NCBI GenBank assembly: GCA_047601445.1
Contig: JASGJH010000001.1
Span: 8,576,001-8,640,000, forward strand
DNA: 64,000 bases
Direction: 5' to 3'
From: Myxococcales bacterium
GTDB lineage: Bacteria > Myxococcota_A > Polyangia > Polyangiales > DASUME01
Shown here: positions 41,274-50,802 of the stretch, in pieces
Position numbering within the stretch: the stretch's first letter is position 1
Layout of the letters: every line of letters starts with the position of its first letter
Notes under the pieces: generated by a model
The model's database searches: none
Seen by the model: only the letters and a program-made list of their open reading frames with translations
Told to the model about the DNA's origin: nothing
Position numbers and translations under genes: made by a program

Positions 41274-41377
41274 GTGGACTTTGATCGCGACGGCGACGGT
41301 GTGCGTGGCCGCGCCGGGTCGATGCTCTGAACGGCTTACCGCTCACGCACACTGTCGCCGTCGCCGCTCAAGTCCAC
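41274..41377 (+). repeat. Long intergenic hairpin with hexamer-periodic arms
   Basis: GTGGACTTTGA..GCGACGGCGACGGTGTGCGTG pairs with CACGCACACTGTCGCCGTCGC..TCAAGTCCAC, between convergent genes. Confidence 0.8.
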
Positions 41378-41419
41378 ATCGCCGACCAGGTTCAGGTCAA
41401 CGTTGTAGGCCTGGTCTCC

Positions 41420-41899
41420 TCAGTCGAAGGCGATCATGGAGTCGTCGACCGGCGCGGGGCGTACGCGCAGGGGAATGCTGGCCAACACGGCCTCCAGGTC
41501 CTGCATCTTGCCCCAGTGACGACGCTGCTGCTCGTGGAAGAAGGTGGCGTGCTCTTCGGCGAAGTGCGCCAGGCCGTTCACCGAAAGGCCACGCTTGGCG
41601 AGCGAGCGAGCGAGGAGCTGGTCGAAGTGGCGCGTGGACAGCGTGCGCACCACGGCGTCCGCCTCGGCGCTCGAGGCGTAGTCGAAGAGCGCTGCGGTGT
41701 AGATCTCGTCCGAGTAGATCTCGAACGCTTCTTCGAGACCGGCGGCATAGGTGGCTTCGACGTCTGGGCGCTGGCTATTGCCGGCGCTTGGCGTCGTGGC
41801 CTGAGACGCGCTGCAACCGAGGATCGCCGAGAACGCTACGAACAACACGCGCCTTCGAAGTGCGCTGGGGGCGGCGCACGCAATACCCGAATGCTTCAT
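41420..41899 (-). CDS. Hypothetical lipoprotein (159 aa) downstream of the riboswitch
   Basis: AGGAGG RBS before ATG 41899; lipobox ILGC; helical acidic body. Confidence 0.75.
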   Translation of the reverse strand: MKHSGIACAAPSALRRRVLFVAFSAILGCSASQATTPSAGNSQRPDVEATYAAGLEEAFEIYSDEIYTAALFDYASSAEADAVVRTLSTRHFDQLLARSLAKRGLSVNGLAHFAEEHATFFHEQQRRHWGKMQDLEAVLASIPLRVRPAPVDDSMIAFD

Positions 41900-41937
41900 A
41901 AGGTGGTTCCTCCTGACGGGCAGGGAGAGGAACCGAA

Positions 41938-42032
41938 CCGGCTTCGGTAACCATTCAAACCGTGGGCTAAGCGCCTTTAGGTCAGTGGCTTTGCGTCCGC
42001 GCCTTTCGCACGCGGTTGCCTTTGTCGGCCGG
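41938..42032 (-). ncRNA. Cyclic di-GMP-I (GEMM-I) riboswitch aptamer
   Basis: Minus strand CCGGCCGACAAAGGCAACCGCGUGC-GAAA-GGCGCGGACGCAAAGCCACUGACCUAAAGGCGCUUAGCCCACGGUUUGAAUGGUUACCGAAGCCGG: GGCAA, P2 with GNRA loop, GGACGCAAAGCC junction, CCUAA/ACGG tetraloop receptor and GGUUACCGA 3' end, as in Vc2. Confidence 0.9.
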
Positions 42033-42176
42033 ATCCCCGAGCTGCTGTTGAGATCAATTCTCGTAGCAACCGATTCCGCAGCACAACGAAATTCGCCGTC
42101 ATGTTTGTTCAGCACCCGCCCCGAGCGGGCGCGCCATGGCCGCCTGAATGTCGTGCAAGTTCGGCGCTTAAAGCGG

Positions 42177-42200
42177 CACGGGGCCCCGTGAGGCCCCGTG
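42177..42200 (-). terminator. GC-rich hairpin, probable terminator after the FadL-type gene
   Basis: CACGGGGCC-(6 nt)-GGCCCCGTG about 45 bp after the stop; weak U-tract. Confidence 0.55.
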
Positions 42201-42245
42201 TCGTGAGCAAACTCCAAGCAGACCACCCGGTCCGCGAGCCCACCC

Positions 42246-43628
42246 TCAGAAATGCATCGTGGATCCGATGCCCGCGAAGTCCGCTTCCATGGTGTAGACA
42301 CCGTTGCCGATGTGGTCAGCCTTGTCACGCTCCTGGGGCGGACGAATCGCCGCCGGCTGCGTGATGTCGCTGTTGGTGATGGTGCGGTTGGGCATGAACA
42401 CGTGGCCGTACACCAGGTCCAGGTCCATCACGGAGCCGACGTGGAGCGTCACGCCCATGCCCAGCACGACCTTGTTGGCGTCCAGGGTCAGCGGGGAGAG
42501 CGCGTTGTCCTTGAGCGCCGTGGTGTCGTAGGAGAGACCACCGCGGATCGTGATCTCCATGTCCTCGAGGAAGTACTCGAAGCCGCCGCGGATACTGTAG
42601 GAGTTGCTCATCAAGCGCGGGATCTTGATGCTGCCGACCTCGTAGTCGCCGATACCCACGATGTTGCGCAGGTACATGCCCTTGGTGTCGGCCGTGATGT
42701 AGTCCTGACGCGACCAACCCTCGTACACGCCCGCCACTTCGAGGCTGAGGTTCTCATTGGGGTTGATCTCGACGCCGGCGCGACCGATCCAGGGGAAGGG
42801 CACGTTGACGTCGGCCTTGTTGCCGTCGATGCGGGCGTTGTCGAAGACCGCGTTCGTGGGCAGGTGCGCCTTGATCTCGGCTTCGCCCTTGATGTTCCAG
42901 GGCGTCTGGAGCGAGGCACCGATCTTCACGGGCCCAGCCTCGTAGGTGATACCCGCGCCGATCATCACGGTGGCGAAGATGGGCAACGTGATGGTGGTCG
43001 CCACGTCGAAGGACGGGTCCTCCGGGTGCACGCATACGAAGCCATCGCAGGCGCTCAACGCGGTAGATGCTTTGAAGCGACCGGCGACCAACGCGGCCGA
43101 GACACCCAGCGAGAGGCCCTCGATGGGATGCCACGCTGCACCGAGAGCGGTGTTCGCGAAGATGCTGCCCTTGAGGGAGTAGAGCGAGTAGCGGTTGGGT
43201 GCGGGCGCGCTGCCCACGTGGTCGGGCCACGTGTAGAGAGCGAACTGCTGCACGTAGACGGCCAGGCCGAAATCCCAATCCTCGAGACCGAAGTTATTGG
43301 TGATGCCGAACAGCGGGATGGGCAGCTTGGCGACGCTGAGGTCCACCGGCTTGTACTGGTTGCCGCCGTCGTCCACGCGCGCGAATGAAGCACGCAGGAA
43401 GGCTAGGTTGCCTTCCATGCGGAAGCTGGCACCCGCGCCCTTGAGACCTGCCGGGTTGATCCAAAGCGACTCCGCGCCCTCGGCACCGGCGACGAAGGCG
43501 CCGCCGCGACCGAGTGTACGAACACCGCGTTCGGTGAGGAAGAAACCGCTGGCTTGGGCACGCTGAGGTAACAGATTCGTGACCGCGCAAAACAGCAGCG
43601 CGAGGGCAAGAAAGAGTTTCGATCGCAT
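42246..43628 (-). CDS. FadL/OmpP1-family outer-membrane transport protein
   Basis: Signal peptide then ASGF...LGRGGAFVAGA...WINPAGL (NPA hatch motif); beta-strand pattern; C-terminal Phe. Confidence 0.88.
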   Translation of the reverse strand: MRSKLFLALALLFCAVTNLLPQRAQASGFFLTERGVRTLGRGGAFVAGAEGAESLWINPAGLKGAGASFRMEGNLAFLRASFARVDDGGNQYKPVDLSVAKLPIPLFGITNNFGLEDWDFGLAVYVQQFALYTWPDHVGSAPAPNRYSLYSLKGSIFANTALGAAWHPIEGLSLGVSAALVAGRFKASTALSACDGFVCVHPEDPSFDVATTITLPIFATVMIGAGITYEAGPVKIGASLQTPWNIKGEAEIKAHLPTNAVFDNARIDGNKADVNVPFPWIGRAGVEINPNENLSLEVAGVYEGWSRQDYITADTKGMYLRNIVGIGDYEVGSIKIPRLMSNSYSIRGGFEYFLEDMEITIRGGLSYDTTALKDNALSPLTLDANKVVLGMGVTLHVGSVMDLDLVYGHVFMPNRTITNSDITQPAAIRPPQERDKADHIGNGVYTMEADFAGIGSTMHF

Positions 43629-46600
43629 CAGGGCTTTTCCTGCTTCATTTCGTCGTCAGACGCGGGGGGAGGGACAGGGCTATCGGCGAGCTTCACGTTG
43701 CGGTTCTTGATCACGGCGAACAGGCGCTCGAGACCGTTGAAGTCGCTCGACAGGAAGTTGTGAGCCGTCGTGGCGATCTGCTTGAAGTCGTCGCGCTTGA
43801 GCGGTTCGGTGCTCTTCAGTGCGGGATTCTCACGCTCGATCTCGGTCGACATGTCCAGCAGCTGCTCGAGCGGCGTCTTGCCCTCGGGCGTATCGGCTAC
43901 CAGGTTCTTCAGCACCTTGGACAGGGTGGTGGGACGCTGCGTGTGCAGGATCATCACCTGGTTCAAGAGCTCCACTCCCTTGCGCAGGATGCTCGCGTTG
44001 GCGTCGGCCTTGCCATCGCCCTTCTCCACGGCTTTGCTGACGCCAGGGGCGACAGCCTCACCCGAGAGCTTGAGGATGGGCGCGATGCGACCGGTGTCCT
44101 CGAGCAGCTGGAATAGGTCCGTGGCGGCCACGATCGTGTTGCGGAAGCCGTCCGGGTTCTGCTCCTGGTCCACGAGGTGGACGATGAGCCGCATCAGCTC
44201 CTTGCCGGCCGCAGGCTCCTGCCACGACTTGTCGACCAAGTGCACGAGGCCCGCGATGAGCGGCGTGTCGAAGAAGGTGACCGAGCGCTCGCTGAGGCCG
44301 GCTGCCCACTCCGGGACGTCCCCCGCGTCCTGGTGCGCCTTGATGCGCTCCTGCAGGAACGTGAGCGTTCGCAGGAAGACCTTGTGACCGACGCGGTCCT
44401 TCAGCCGATTGGCGTTGGGATCGGTCTTGTCGATGGTGAGGAACAGGTCGACCACGTCGCTGCGGGCCTGGTGCCAGTCCTGCTGGGCCTCGGTACCGCC
44501 ATCGAGCGCAGCGAAATTCTGGTCGATGCGCTTGAGGCCGTCGAGGATGAGGTACAGCGGCGACACGTAGCCCACGTCGACGCCCACGTTGTTCTTCGCG
44601 CTGGCGCTGCCGTCGCGATAGGTCAGCTCGGCGTCGGGCTTGACCATCACTTCGACGAACTCGGCGAGGATGGTGAGGCCGGACTTGCCGTCCACCTTCA
44701 CGCTCTCGAGCGCCTTGGAAGCGACGTTCAGCGAGTGGATGAACTTGAGCTCACCGAAGATCTTGGCGAGCAGCGGCTCGTAGCTGCGCAGGTTGGTCTG
44801 ATAGGAGAAGAACTTCCCCATCGGATCGGTGTGCTGCGTGCAGGTGGTCCAGTTCTTCGCCGTGGGAGCCTGGCACTCAGCGTCGCTGCGCGCGCCCCAG
44901 TGCATGTGGAACACGTTCAGCAGGTCGGCGAACATGTAGCCGTCGGGCAGCTTGTAGCTCTTGCAGCCCAGGAAGCACTGACCGTCGATCTCGGTGGAGA
45001 GCTCGGTGTCCTCGAAAGCCGCCATCAGCGGTAGACCCGCCTCCTGGAAGCTCAGGCCACCGGCATTCTTGTGCTTCACTTCCATGGCGAAGAGCGCATA
45101 GGGCTCCACCCAGGTGATCGGCACGCCGTCGATGCCGTTGACGCCGTCGGTCAGTCCCTTCACGAACTGATTCGGCGGCGCGAACAGGAAGCGCGCCAGG
45201 GACGGGCCGGTCGGCTTGTCGGTGAAGCCGGTGATCTGGCTCTCGTCCTCCTGGATCAGACCGTTGGCCGAACCCAGGATGGAGATGTCGGGCTTCAGCG
45301 AGATGGCAGCCTTGCCCATGCAGGCCTGGCTGTAGATACGCACCATGTCGGGCACCTCGAACAGCTCGCAGGGCTTGTAGCCGCCGCTGAGCGGCAGCGT
45401 GATGCCGCCGAGGTTCTTGATCAGGTGCAGCGTGGCGCCGTCCTTGTTGCACTGCTTCTGGTTACGCAGGTTGTGAATCAGCGACATCGTGCGCTGCCAA
45501 ACGCTGCGGTTCTCGCCGACGTCGGGCATGGTGTAGTCGACCGGCGTCTTGTAGGTGACCGTGGCCTCGGCGTTGAGGTCGGCTTCCTGCTCGTCGCTGA
45601 AGAGGCCGTCCGCGCCCGCCGGCGTGAAGTCGGCGTTCTTGTACTTGGCCACGTCCTTGAAGGACATCCAGGTCTGGAAGATGGCGTCCTGCTGCACGCT
45701 CTTGTCGTCGATGATCATCTTGATCACGCGCTCGATCATGCCCTTGCGGCGACTCATGCGTTCTGCGACGGCGATCAGGTCGTCCCAGAAGCGGTGGGCG
45801 CCGCCGGGCATGCCGTCGGTCTCACCGAGCGTCTGCGCGTCGGGGAAGTCCTTCCCGAGCTCGTTCATCTGCAGCATGGTGTCCACCAGCTGCGTCATCT
45901 CGTGCTCGTGCTCGCGCATGCCGATGCGCAGCGCCTCGAGCAGCCGGCGGGTCTCGTCCGGGTGCTTGAGCAGGGCGCCCACGCCATGGACGAGGTCGTG
46001 GATCGCGCCCGTGTCCGGGTCAGGTCCGTCGAACTCCACCTTGGACTTGCCGTAGGTGACCGTGTGCTTCTTGGAGAGGCCGAACAAGGCGGGCAGGCCG
46101 CGGCCGATTTTCTCGAAAGGCGTGCGGTCCTTGTCGGTGGGGTAGGGCGTCGAGAGCCGCGCGTCCTCCTGGAGGAACGCTGCCGTCATCGTGAGGTTCG
46201 CGTCGAAGTAGTCGTAGAGCGTCTGGCCGCCGTTCAGCGCGCGGTCGTCGTCGTCGCGGTCCACACCCTTCTCGCCGAGGAGCTTGTAGGGGGTCGGGGC
46301 GCCGCCCTTGAACTTGCCCGAGGTGTCCGTGTCGGGCAGGCCGTCGCCGTCCGAGTCCTCGAACACGGAGGGCAGGGCACCGTTCTCCATCAGCGGAACG
46401 GCGACGCCACGCGAGTCGCGCTTGGTCACCCAGATCGGTGCGGCGGTCGGGAGCTCGTCCTTGTCGAGGACCGGGTCGTACACGGAGGACAGCATCAGGT
46501 CCCGCGCGATGCGCAGGGTGGAGTCCTCGGCGAGCGGAGAGTCGTCGTAGCTCGCCATCTCGAGCGCGAGGCCCTGGGCGATCTCGTCGAGCTCGAGCTC

Positions 46601-47251
46601 GCCCTTGCCACCGCGAGCCAGGAAGTGCATGCCCGTCTCGGAGAGCTTGTCGAGGTCGGGGTAGGTGAGGACCACCTTGATCAGACCGAGCGCCAGATCG
46701 AGCTTGCGGTAGCCCGTGCGGCCCGTGATCTCCGAGAAGGCCTGGAGCGCCTTCTTGCCGGTGGTATCGCCGTCGTCGATGAGGCGCGCCAGCACCGCCG
46801 CGATCGCGCGCGTGTTGCCGGGCAGGATGGGGTCGTCGCCGTCGTAGAGCGGCAAGAGCTCCTTGAGGAAGTCCGTGATCTCGTCGCCCTGGAGCTGGAC
46901 GATGACCTTCTCGGACTTCACCTCGTCGTCGCCAAGGACGCGATTCACCGCCTTCACGATGGTGTCGCGGCGCGACAGGATGGCCTTGAAGCGATCGCTA
47001 TCCTGGTACTGCTCAGGCAGCGAGTCGACGTCGCCGTTCTCACAGGCATCCTCGAACGGGAGGCCCGTGATCTCCTTCGGGTACTCTGCCTTTGCCTGAC
47101 GCTTGCAGAAGACGCGGTAGACCTCGCCACCGACACTCAACTTTTCGCGCTTGGCTCCGTAGACCCAAACATCCTTTGCGCAGCCTGCTGCGCCAGCACT
47201 CAGACCCAACGTCAAAATAAGAGCTCGTTTAAGCATCCAGGGACTCGCCAT
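43628..47251 (-). CDS. Large hypothetical lipoprotein (~1207 aa)
   Basis: GGAGG RBS; lipobox AAGC; DSDGDGLPD Ca-binding-like loop; stop overlaps the FadL-type start; very strong GC3 bias. Confidence 0.88.
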   Translation of the reverse strand: MASPWMLKRALILTLGLSAGAAGCAKDVWVYGAKREKLSVGGEVYRVFCKRQAKAEYPKEITGLPFEDACENGDVDSLPEQYQDSDRFKAILSRRDTIVKAVNRVLGDDEVKSEKVIVQLQGDEITDFLKELLPLYDGDDPILPGNTRAIAAVLARLIDDGDTTGKKALQAFSEITGRTGYRKLDLALGLIKVVLTYPDLDKLSETGMHFLARGGKGELELDEIAQGLALEMASYDDSPLAEDSTLRIARDLMLSSVYDPVLDKDELPTAAPIWVTKRDSRGVAVPLMENGALPSVFEDSDGDGLPDTDTSGKFKGGAPTPYKLLGEKGVDRDDDDRALNGGQTLYDYFDANLTMTAAFLQEDARLSTPYPTDKDRTPFEKIGRGLPALFGLSKKHTVTYGKSKVEFDGPDPDTGAIHDLVHGVGALLKHPDETRRLLEALRIGMREHEHEMTQLVDTMLQMNELGKDFPDAQTLGETDGMPGGAHRFWDDLIAVAERMSRRKGMIERVIKMIIDDKSVQQDAIFQTWMSFKDVAKYKNADFTPAGADGLFSDEQEADLNAEATVTYKTPVDYTMPDVGENRSVWQRTMSLIHNLRNQKQCNKDGATLHLIKNLGGITLPLSGGYKPCELFEVPDMVRIYSQACMGKAAISLKPDISILGSANGLIQEDESQITGFTDKPTGPSLARFLFAPPNQFVKGLTDGVNGIDGVPITWVEPYALFAMEVKHKNAGGLSFQEAGLPLMAAFEDTELSTEIDGQCFLGCKSYKLPDGYMFADLLNVFHMHWGARSDAECQAPTAKNWTTCTQHTDPMGKFFSYQTNLRSYEPLLAKIFGELKFIHSLNVASKALESVKVDGKSGLTILAEFVEVMVKPDAELTYRDGSASAKNNVGVDVGYVSPLYLILDGLKRIDQNFAALDGGTEAQQDWHQARSDVVDLFLTIDKTDPNANRLKDRVGHKVFLRTLTFLQERIKAHQDAGDVPEWAAGLSERSVTFFDTPLIAGLVHLVDKSWQEPAAGKELMRLIVHLVDQEQNPDGFRNTIVAATDLFQLLEDTGRIAPILKLSGEAVAPGVSKAVEKGDGKADANASILRKGVELLNQVMILHTQRPTTLSKVLKNLVADTPEGKTPLEQLLDMSTEIERENPALKSTEPLKRDDFKQIATTAHNFLSSDFNGLERLFAVIKNRNVKLADSPVPPPASDDEMKQEKP

Positions 47252-47362
47252 CGGCGACCTCCGACCAAAACCTTGCTGTTGCTCTCGTAAACAAGCGACC
47301 TGGTAGCAAAGCCCGTAGGGCCGCATCCAGGTCGCAACACTTCGTGGATAAGGGACGACCTT

Positions 47363-48934
47363 CTAACTGGCGATCAGCCCGCCCCTCCGACCTTCTTCTC
47401 GAAGCGGCTCGAGATCCTTCACGAACGCGTCGTGCAGGTCAGCCGCGAGCTGCTTGGCCTCTTCTTCGGCCGACTTGTTCATGATCAAGCGGTCCGTGGC
47501 CACGCTGCCACCGAACTTGATGACCCAGCTCTCCATGGCTTCCAGAGAAGCCGTGAGCGCGAACACGCCCGGTCCACCAGCCGTGCGGCTTCCGAGCTCG
47601 ATGTGGGACTCGACGCCCTTGCCGTCGTTGCCCTTGACCGCCGTGCGGAAGAACTCCTCGGTGATGTCCTGGATGTTGCTCGAGATGAAGACGTCCAGGA
47701 AGCCGGGCGAGAACAGGCCCAGCGCGCGGCCCTCCACCTTGACCTTGGGCATCGTCTTGATGTGCGAGTCGATCACCGTGTACGAGTCGTGCACGTCGTA
47801 CTCGGAGTCGATGCGCAGGTTCTTCAGGTTCACGATGATGCCGAGCATGTTCAGGCGCGCCTGGATGTTCACCACCGGCGCCTTGATCGACTTGGCCAAG
47901 GTGTCGAGGGGTTCATTCTCGTACACCTGATTGTCGTCGAACGGCAGGACCTGACCGTCCTTCACGTAACATTCGACGCCGAACAGCAGCTTGTCGCTGT
48001 CCACCGTGAGGCGGACCAGGTCGCGGCCGGCGTCATCCAGCACGCGCACCTTGGCGCTCAGCACGTCGTTGAGCTTGTCGATGTGCTTGGCGAAGTTCGG
48101 GTACTTGGCCTTGAGGCGGCTGGGCTCCGCGCGCATGCGCGTGGTGATGTGGAAGTAGCCGTTGGTCTCCACGGCGCGCACGTCCTCGAGACGGCCGACC
48201 GTCTGCAGAAGATCGCCGAGCGTGGGGTACGCCTCGTAGAGGATGGCGAGGCTCTCGACGTCTTCGCTGCCGAGACCGGGGTTGCTCTGCTTGATCTTGG
48301 CGATCGACGCCGCTGCAGGCTGGGGCTTGTCGCCGGTGGCCTCGCTGCCGCGGGGGTCGCCCATGGTGGCCAGGCGCGAAAGCGAGCGGCCGGCTTCCAT
48401 CAGACCGCTGTAGGAGAGCTGACCGAGGCCGAGGCCGAAGCGCGTGCCGGCCGCCAAGCTGTCGTGTTCCTTGCCCTCGTAGTGCTTGCCGTAGATCAGC
48501 AAGGACATGTCCGCCAAGCCGTTGCGGCTGTCGAGACCGACCTCGTAACCGGAGCCGGGCTCGGCGCGACTGACCAGGTACTTGCCGCCAGAGAGGGCGC
48601 CCTTGACGTGAAGCTCGCGGCGGTTGTTCCGCTCATCGGGCAACAACTTGTAGAAACCCTCGAGATCGAAGTCCTCGAACTCCTTGATGGCCTTGTCGAT
48701 GAACTTCTGGGTCGGCGGATCGACCTCGGTCTTGTGCAGGAACGCCTCGTAGGCGCCCGTTAGTCGATGAAGGGCTTTCAGCGCGGTCCCGGTGTCACCG
48801 GAGCCCTGGCTCCAGAGCACGACCATCGGGGTCCAGCCCGCGACAGTGGCGTCGAGAGAGTTAGCAGCGAGGGCCGTACCGGCGCTTAGTAGGCCGAGAC
48901 CGATGATGGCGGAGCGTGTGCGATTGGCGGTCAT
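47363..48934 (-). CDS. Hypothetical secreted protein (3' end possibly frameshifted)
   Basis: Signal peptide ending ALA; strong GC3 bias. Removing one base near 47406 gives DLERFEKKVGGAG* ending at 47374. Confidence 0.82.
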   Translation of the reverse strand: MTANRTRSAIIGLGLLSAGTALAANSLDATVAGWTPMVVLWSQGSGDTGTALKALHRLTGAYEAFLHKTEVDPPTQKFIDKAIKEFEDFDLEGFYKLLPDERNNRRELHVKGALSGGKYLVSRAEPGSGYEVGLDSRNGLADMSLLIYGKHYEGKEHDSLAAGTRFGLGLGQLSYSGLMEAGRSLSRLATMGDPRGSEATGDKPQPAAASIAKIKQSNPGLGSEDVESLAILYEAYPTLGDLLQTVGRLEDVRAVETNGYFHITTRMRAEPSRLKAKYPNFAKHIDKLNDVLSAKVRVLDDAGRDLVRLTVDSDKLLFGVECYVKDGQVLPFDDNQVYENEPLDTLAKSIKAPVVNIQARLNMLGIIVNLKNLRIDSEYDVHDSYTVIDSHIKTMPKVKVEGRALGLFSPGFLDVFISSNIQDITEEFFRTAVKGNDGKGVESHIELGSRTAGGPGVFALTASLEAMESWVIKFGGSVATDRLIMNKSAEEEAKQLAADLHDAFVKDLEPLREEGRRGGLIAS

Positions 48935-49136
48935 GGGGGTGTAGGCGTAACCCTTCCTGTTCGCGAATACAGTCACCCTTTCGCTCAAACCTTTGACCGC
49001 AGGCGCTCCCCCGATTTCGCGACGGAAAACAGCTCACTCCGGTTGTTCAGTAAGTGATCTGGCACGCGCGGTCACTCGCTGATGACAAGCGATGACGTTC
49101 GCGCGGGTCACCTCCGGGTGTAGTAAGGTCAAGAGT

Positions 49137-50780
49137 ATGGTGGCCTACCGCACGGCGCCCGACCCCGCAGAGACGGGCTGGCCCAAGGGGATTCCCTACA
49201 TCATTGGAAACGAGGGGTGCGAGCGCTTCAGCTTCTACGGCATGAACGCGATTCTGTTCGTCTACCTCAGCCATCTGCTGCTCGGCAGCGGGGTGACGAA
49301 GCAGCTCGCGGAGACGCGCGCCACCGCAGTCGTGCACACGTTCGTCGCCGGGGTCTATGCCCTGCCCATGGTCGGGGCGGTCATCGCCGACCGCTGGTGG
49401 GGAAAGTATTCGACCATCGTTTGGCTCTCGCTCGTGTACTGCGCCGGCCACGCGTGCCTGGCCATCTTCGACGGAAATCTCACAGGGTCGGTGGCGGGGC
49501 TGGTGCTGATCGCGCTCGGTTCGGGCGGCATCAAACCCTGTGTGTCCGCACACGTGGGTGACCAGTTCGGCAAGGGCAACTTCGACAAGGTCGAGCGGGT
49601 CTATCAGGCCTTCTACTTCATCGTGAACGTCGGCTCCTTGTTCGCGACCTTGTTGATCCCCTGGATCCAGCGCGAGGCGGGCTTCGGCGTGGCCTTTGCG
49701 GTGCCCGGCATCTTGATGGGCATCGCGAGCGCTTGGTTCTGGATGGGACGCAAGGTGTTCGTCCACGTGCCCGCGCGGCCCGGCGGGCTCCTCGGGCTCA
49801 TCGACGTCCTGAGCAGCGTGCTGTTGTTCTTCACCATCGCGTTACCCATGTTCGGCGCGGGGCTCTTGCCGGTCTACAAGGTCCTGTCGGTGCCCTCGAA
49901 GCTCCTCGTGTCGCTGCTCTGCTTCATGCTCGGGATCCTGGTTTTTGCCTGGCGTCAGACGCGCACACCGGACGACGGCTTCTTGGCCGTGCTCTTCTAT
50001 GCGTTGCGAACGAAGTGGAAAGGCAGCGAGCTCCCGCCGCTGCCAGGGCGTGCGGAGCAGGACGCGTCCGCGGTCGACCTGAGTCCGTTCTGGGCCAGCG
50101 CGGTACGGCGTTTTGGGCGCGAGGCGGCCGAGGGACCTCCCGCGGTGCTGCGCATCGTCAGCGTGTTCGCCATGGTCAGCGTGTTCTGGGCGCTCTTCCA
50201 CCAGCATCAGTCGACCTGGATTGCGCAGGCCGCCGAGATGGATCGCTCGTTTCACCTCTTCGGCTTCAGCTTCGAAGTGCTGCCTTCGCAGGTCTCCTCG
50301 GCCAACCCGCTGCTCGTGATGTTGCTCGTGCCCCTGATGGGTGGCGTCGTTTACCCTGGCATCGCGCGCATCACGGGCCGCGCGTTCACGCTGCTGCAGC
50401 GCATGACCGTGGGCATGGTCCTCACGTCGCTCTCGTTCGTGATCGTCGCGCTCGCCCAGGAGCAGCTCGACGCGGGCGTGAAGGTGCACGTCTGGGTCCA
50501 GCTTCCAGCCTACCTGGTGTTGACGGCCAGCGAGGTGATGGTGTCCGTCACGGGGCTCGAGTTCGCGTACACCCAGGCGCCGCGGCGCATGAAGGCGCTG
50601 CTGATGGGCTTCTGGTTGTTGGCCACCTCGTTCGGCAACATCCTGGTGGCCAGGCTGTTCGAGTTCGGTGGGCTCACCCGCGCGCAGGCCTTCTGGACCT
50701 TTGCGGCGCTGATGCTGCTGGCGGGCGTCCTGTTCGGCGTGCGCGCTGCCTTCTATCGCTACAAGACCATCGTGCAGTAG
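49137..50780 (+). CDS. POT/PTR family proton-dependent oligopeptide transporter
   Basis: EGCERFSFYG (ExxERFxYY), GSGGIKPCVSAHVGDQF, FYFIVNVGS, GLEFAYTQAP. Confidence 0.95.
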   Translation: MVAYRTAPDPAETGWPKGIPYIIGNEGCERFSFYGMNAILFVYLSHLLLGSGVTKQLAETRATAVVHTFVAGVYALPMVGAVIADRWWGKYSTIVWLSLVYCAGHACLAIFDGNLTGSVAGLVLIALGSGGIKPCVSAHVGDQFGKGNFDKVERVYQAFYFIVNVGSLFATLLIPWIQREAGFGVAFAVPGILMGIASAWFWMGRKVFVHVPARPGGLLGLIDVLSSVLLFFTIALPMFGAGLLPVYKVLSVPSKLLVSLLCFMLGILVFAWRQTRTPDDGFLAVLFYALRTKWKGSELPPLPGRAEQDASAVDLSPFWASAVRRFGREAAEGPPAVLRIVSVFAMVSVFWALFHQHQSTWIAQAAEMDRSFHLFGFSFEVLPSQVSSANPLLVMLLVPLMGGVVYPGIARITGRAFTLLQRMTVGMVLTSLSFVIVALAQEQLDAGVKVHVWVQLPAYLVLTASEVMVSVTGLEFAYTQAPRRMKALLMGFWLLATSFGNILVARLFEFGGLTRAQAFWTFAALMLLAGVLFGVRAAFYRYKTIVQ

Positions 50781-50802
50781 GCCTTGTAGCGACTCGGTTC
50801 CG

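Noticed and set aside
41900..42328. N-terminal extension of the 302-aa ORF 41420..42328
   Set aside because: It overlaps the FadL-type gene, its terminator and the riboswitch. The real start is ATG 41899 with an AGGAGG RBS.
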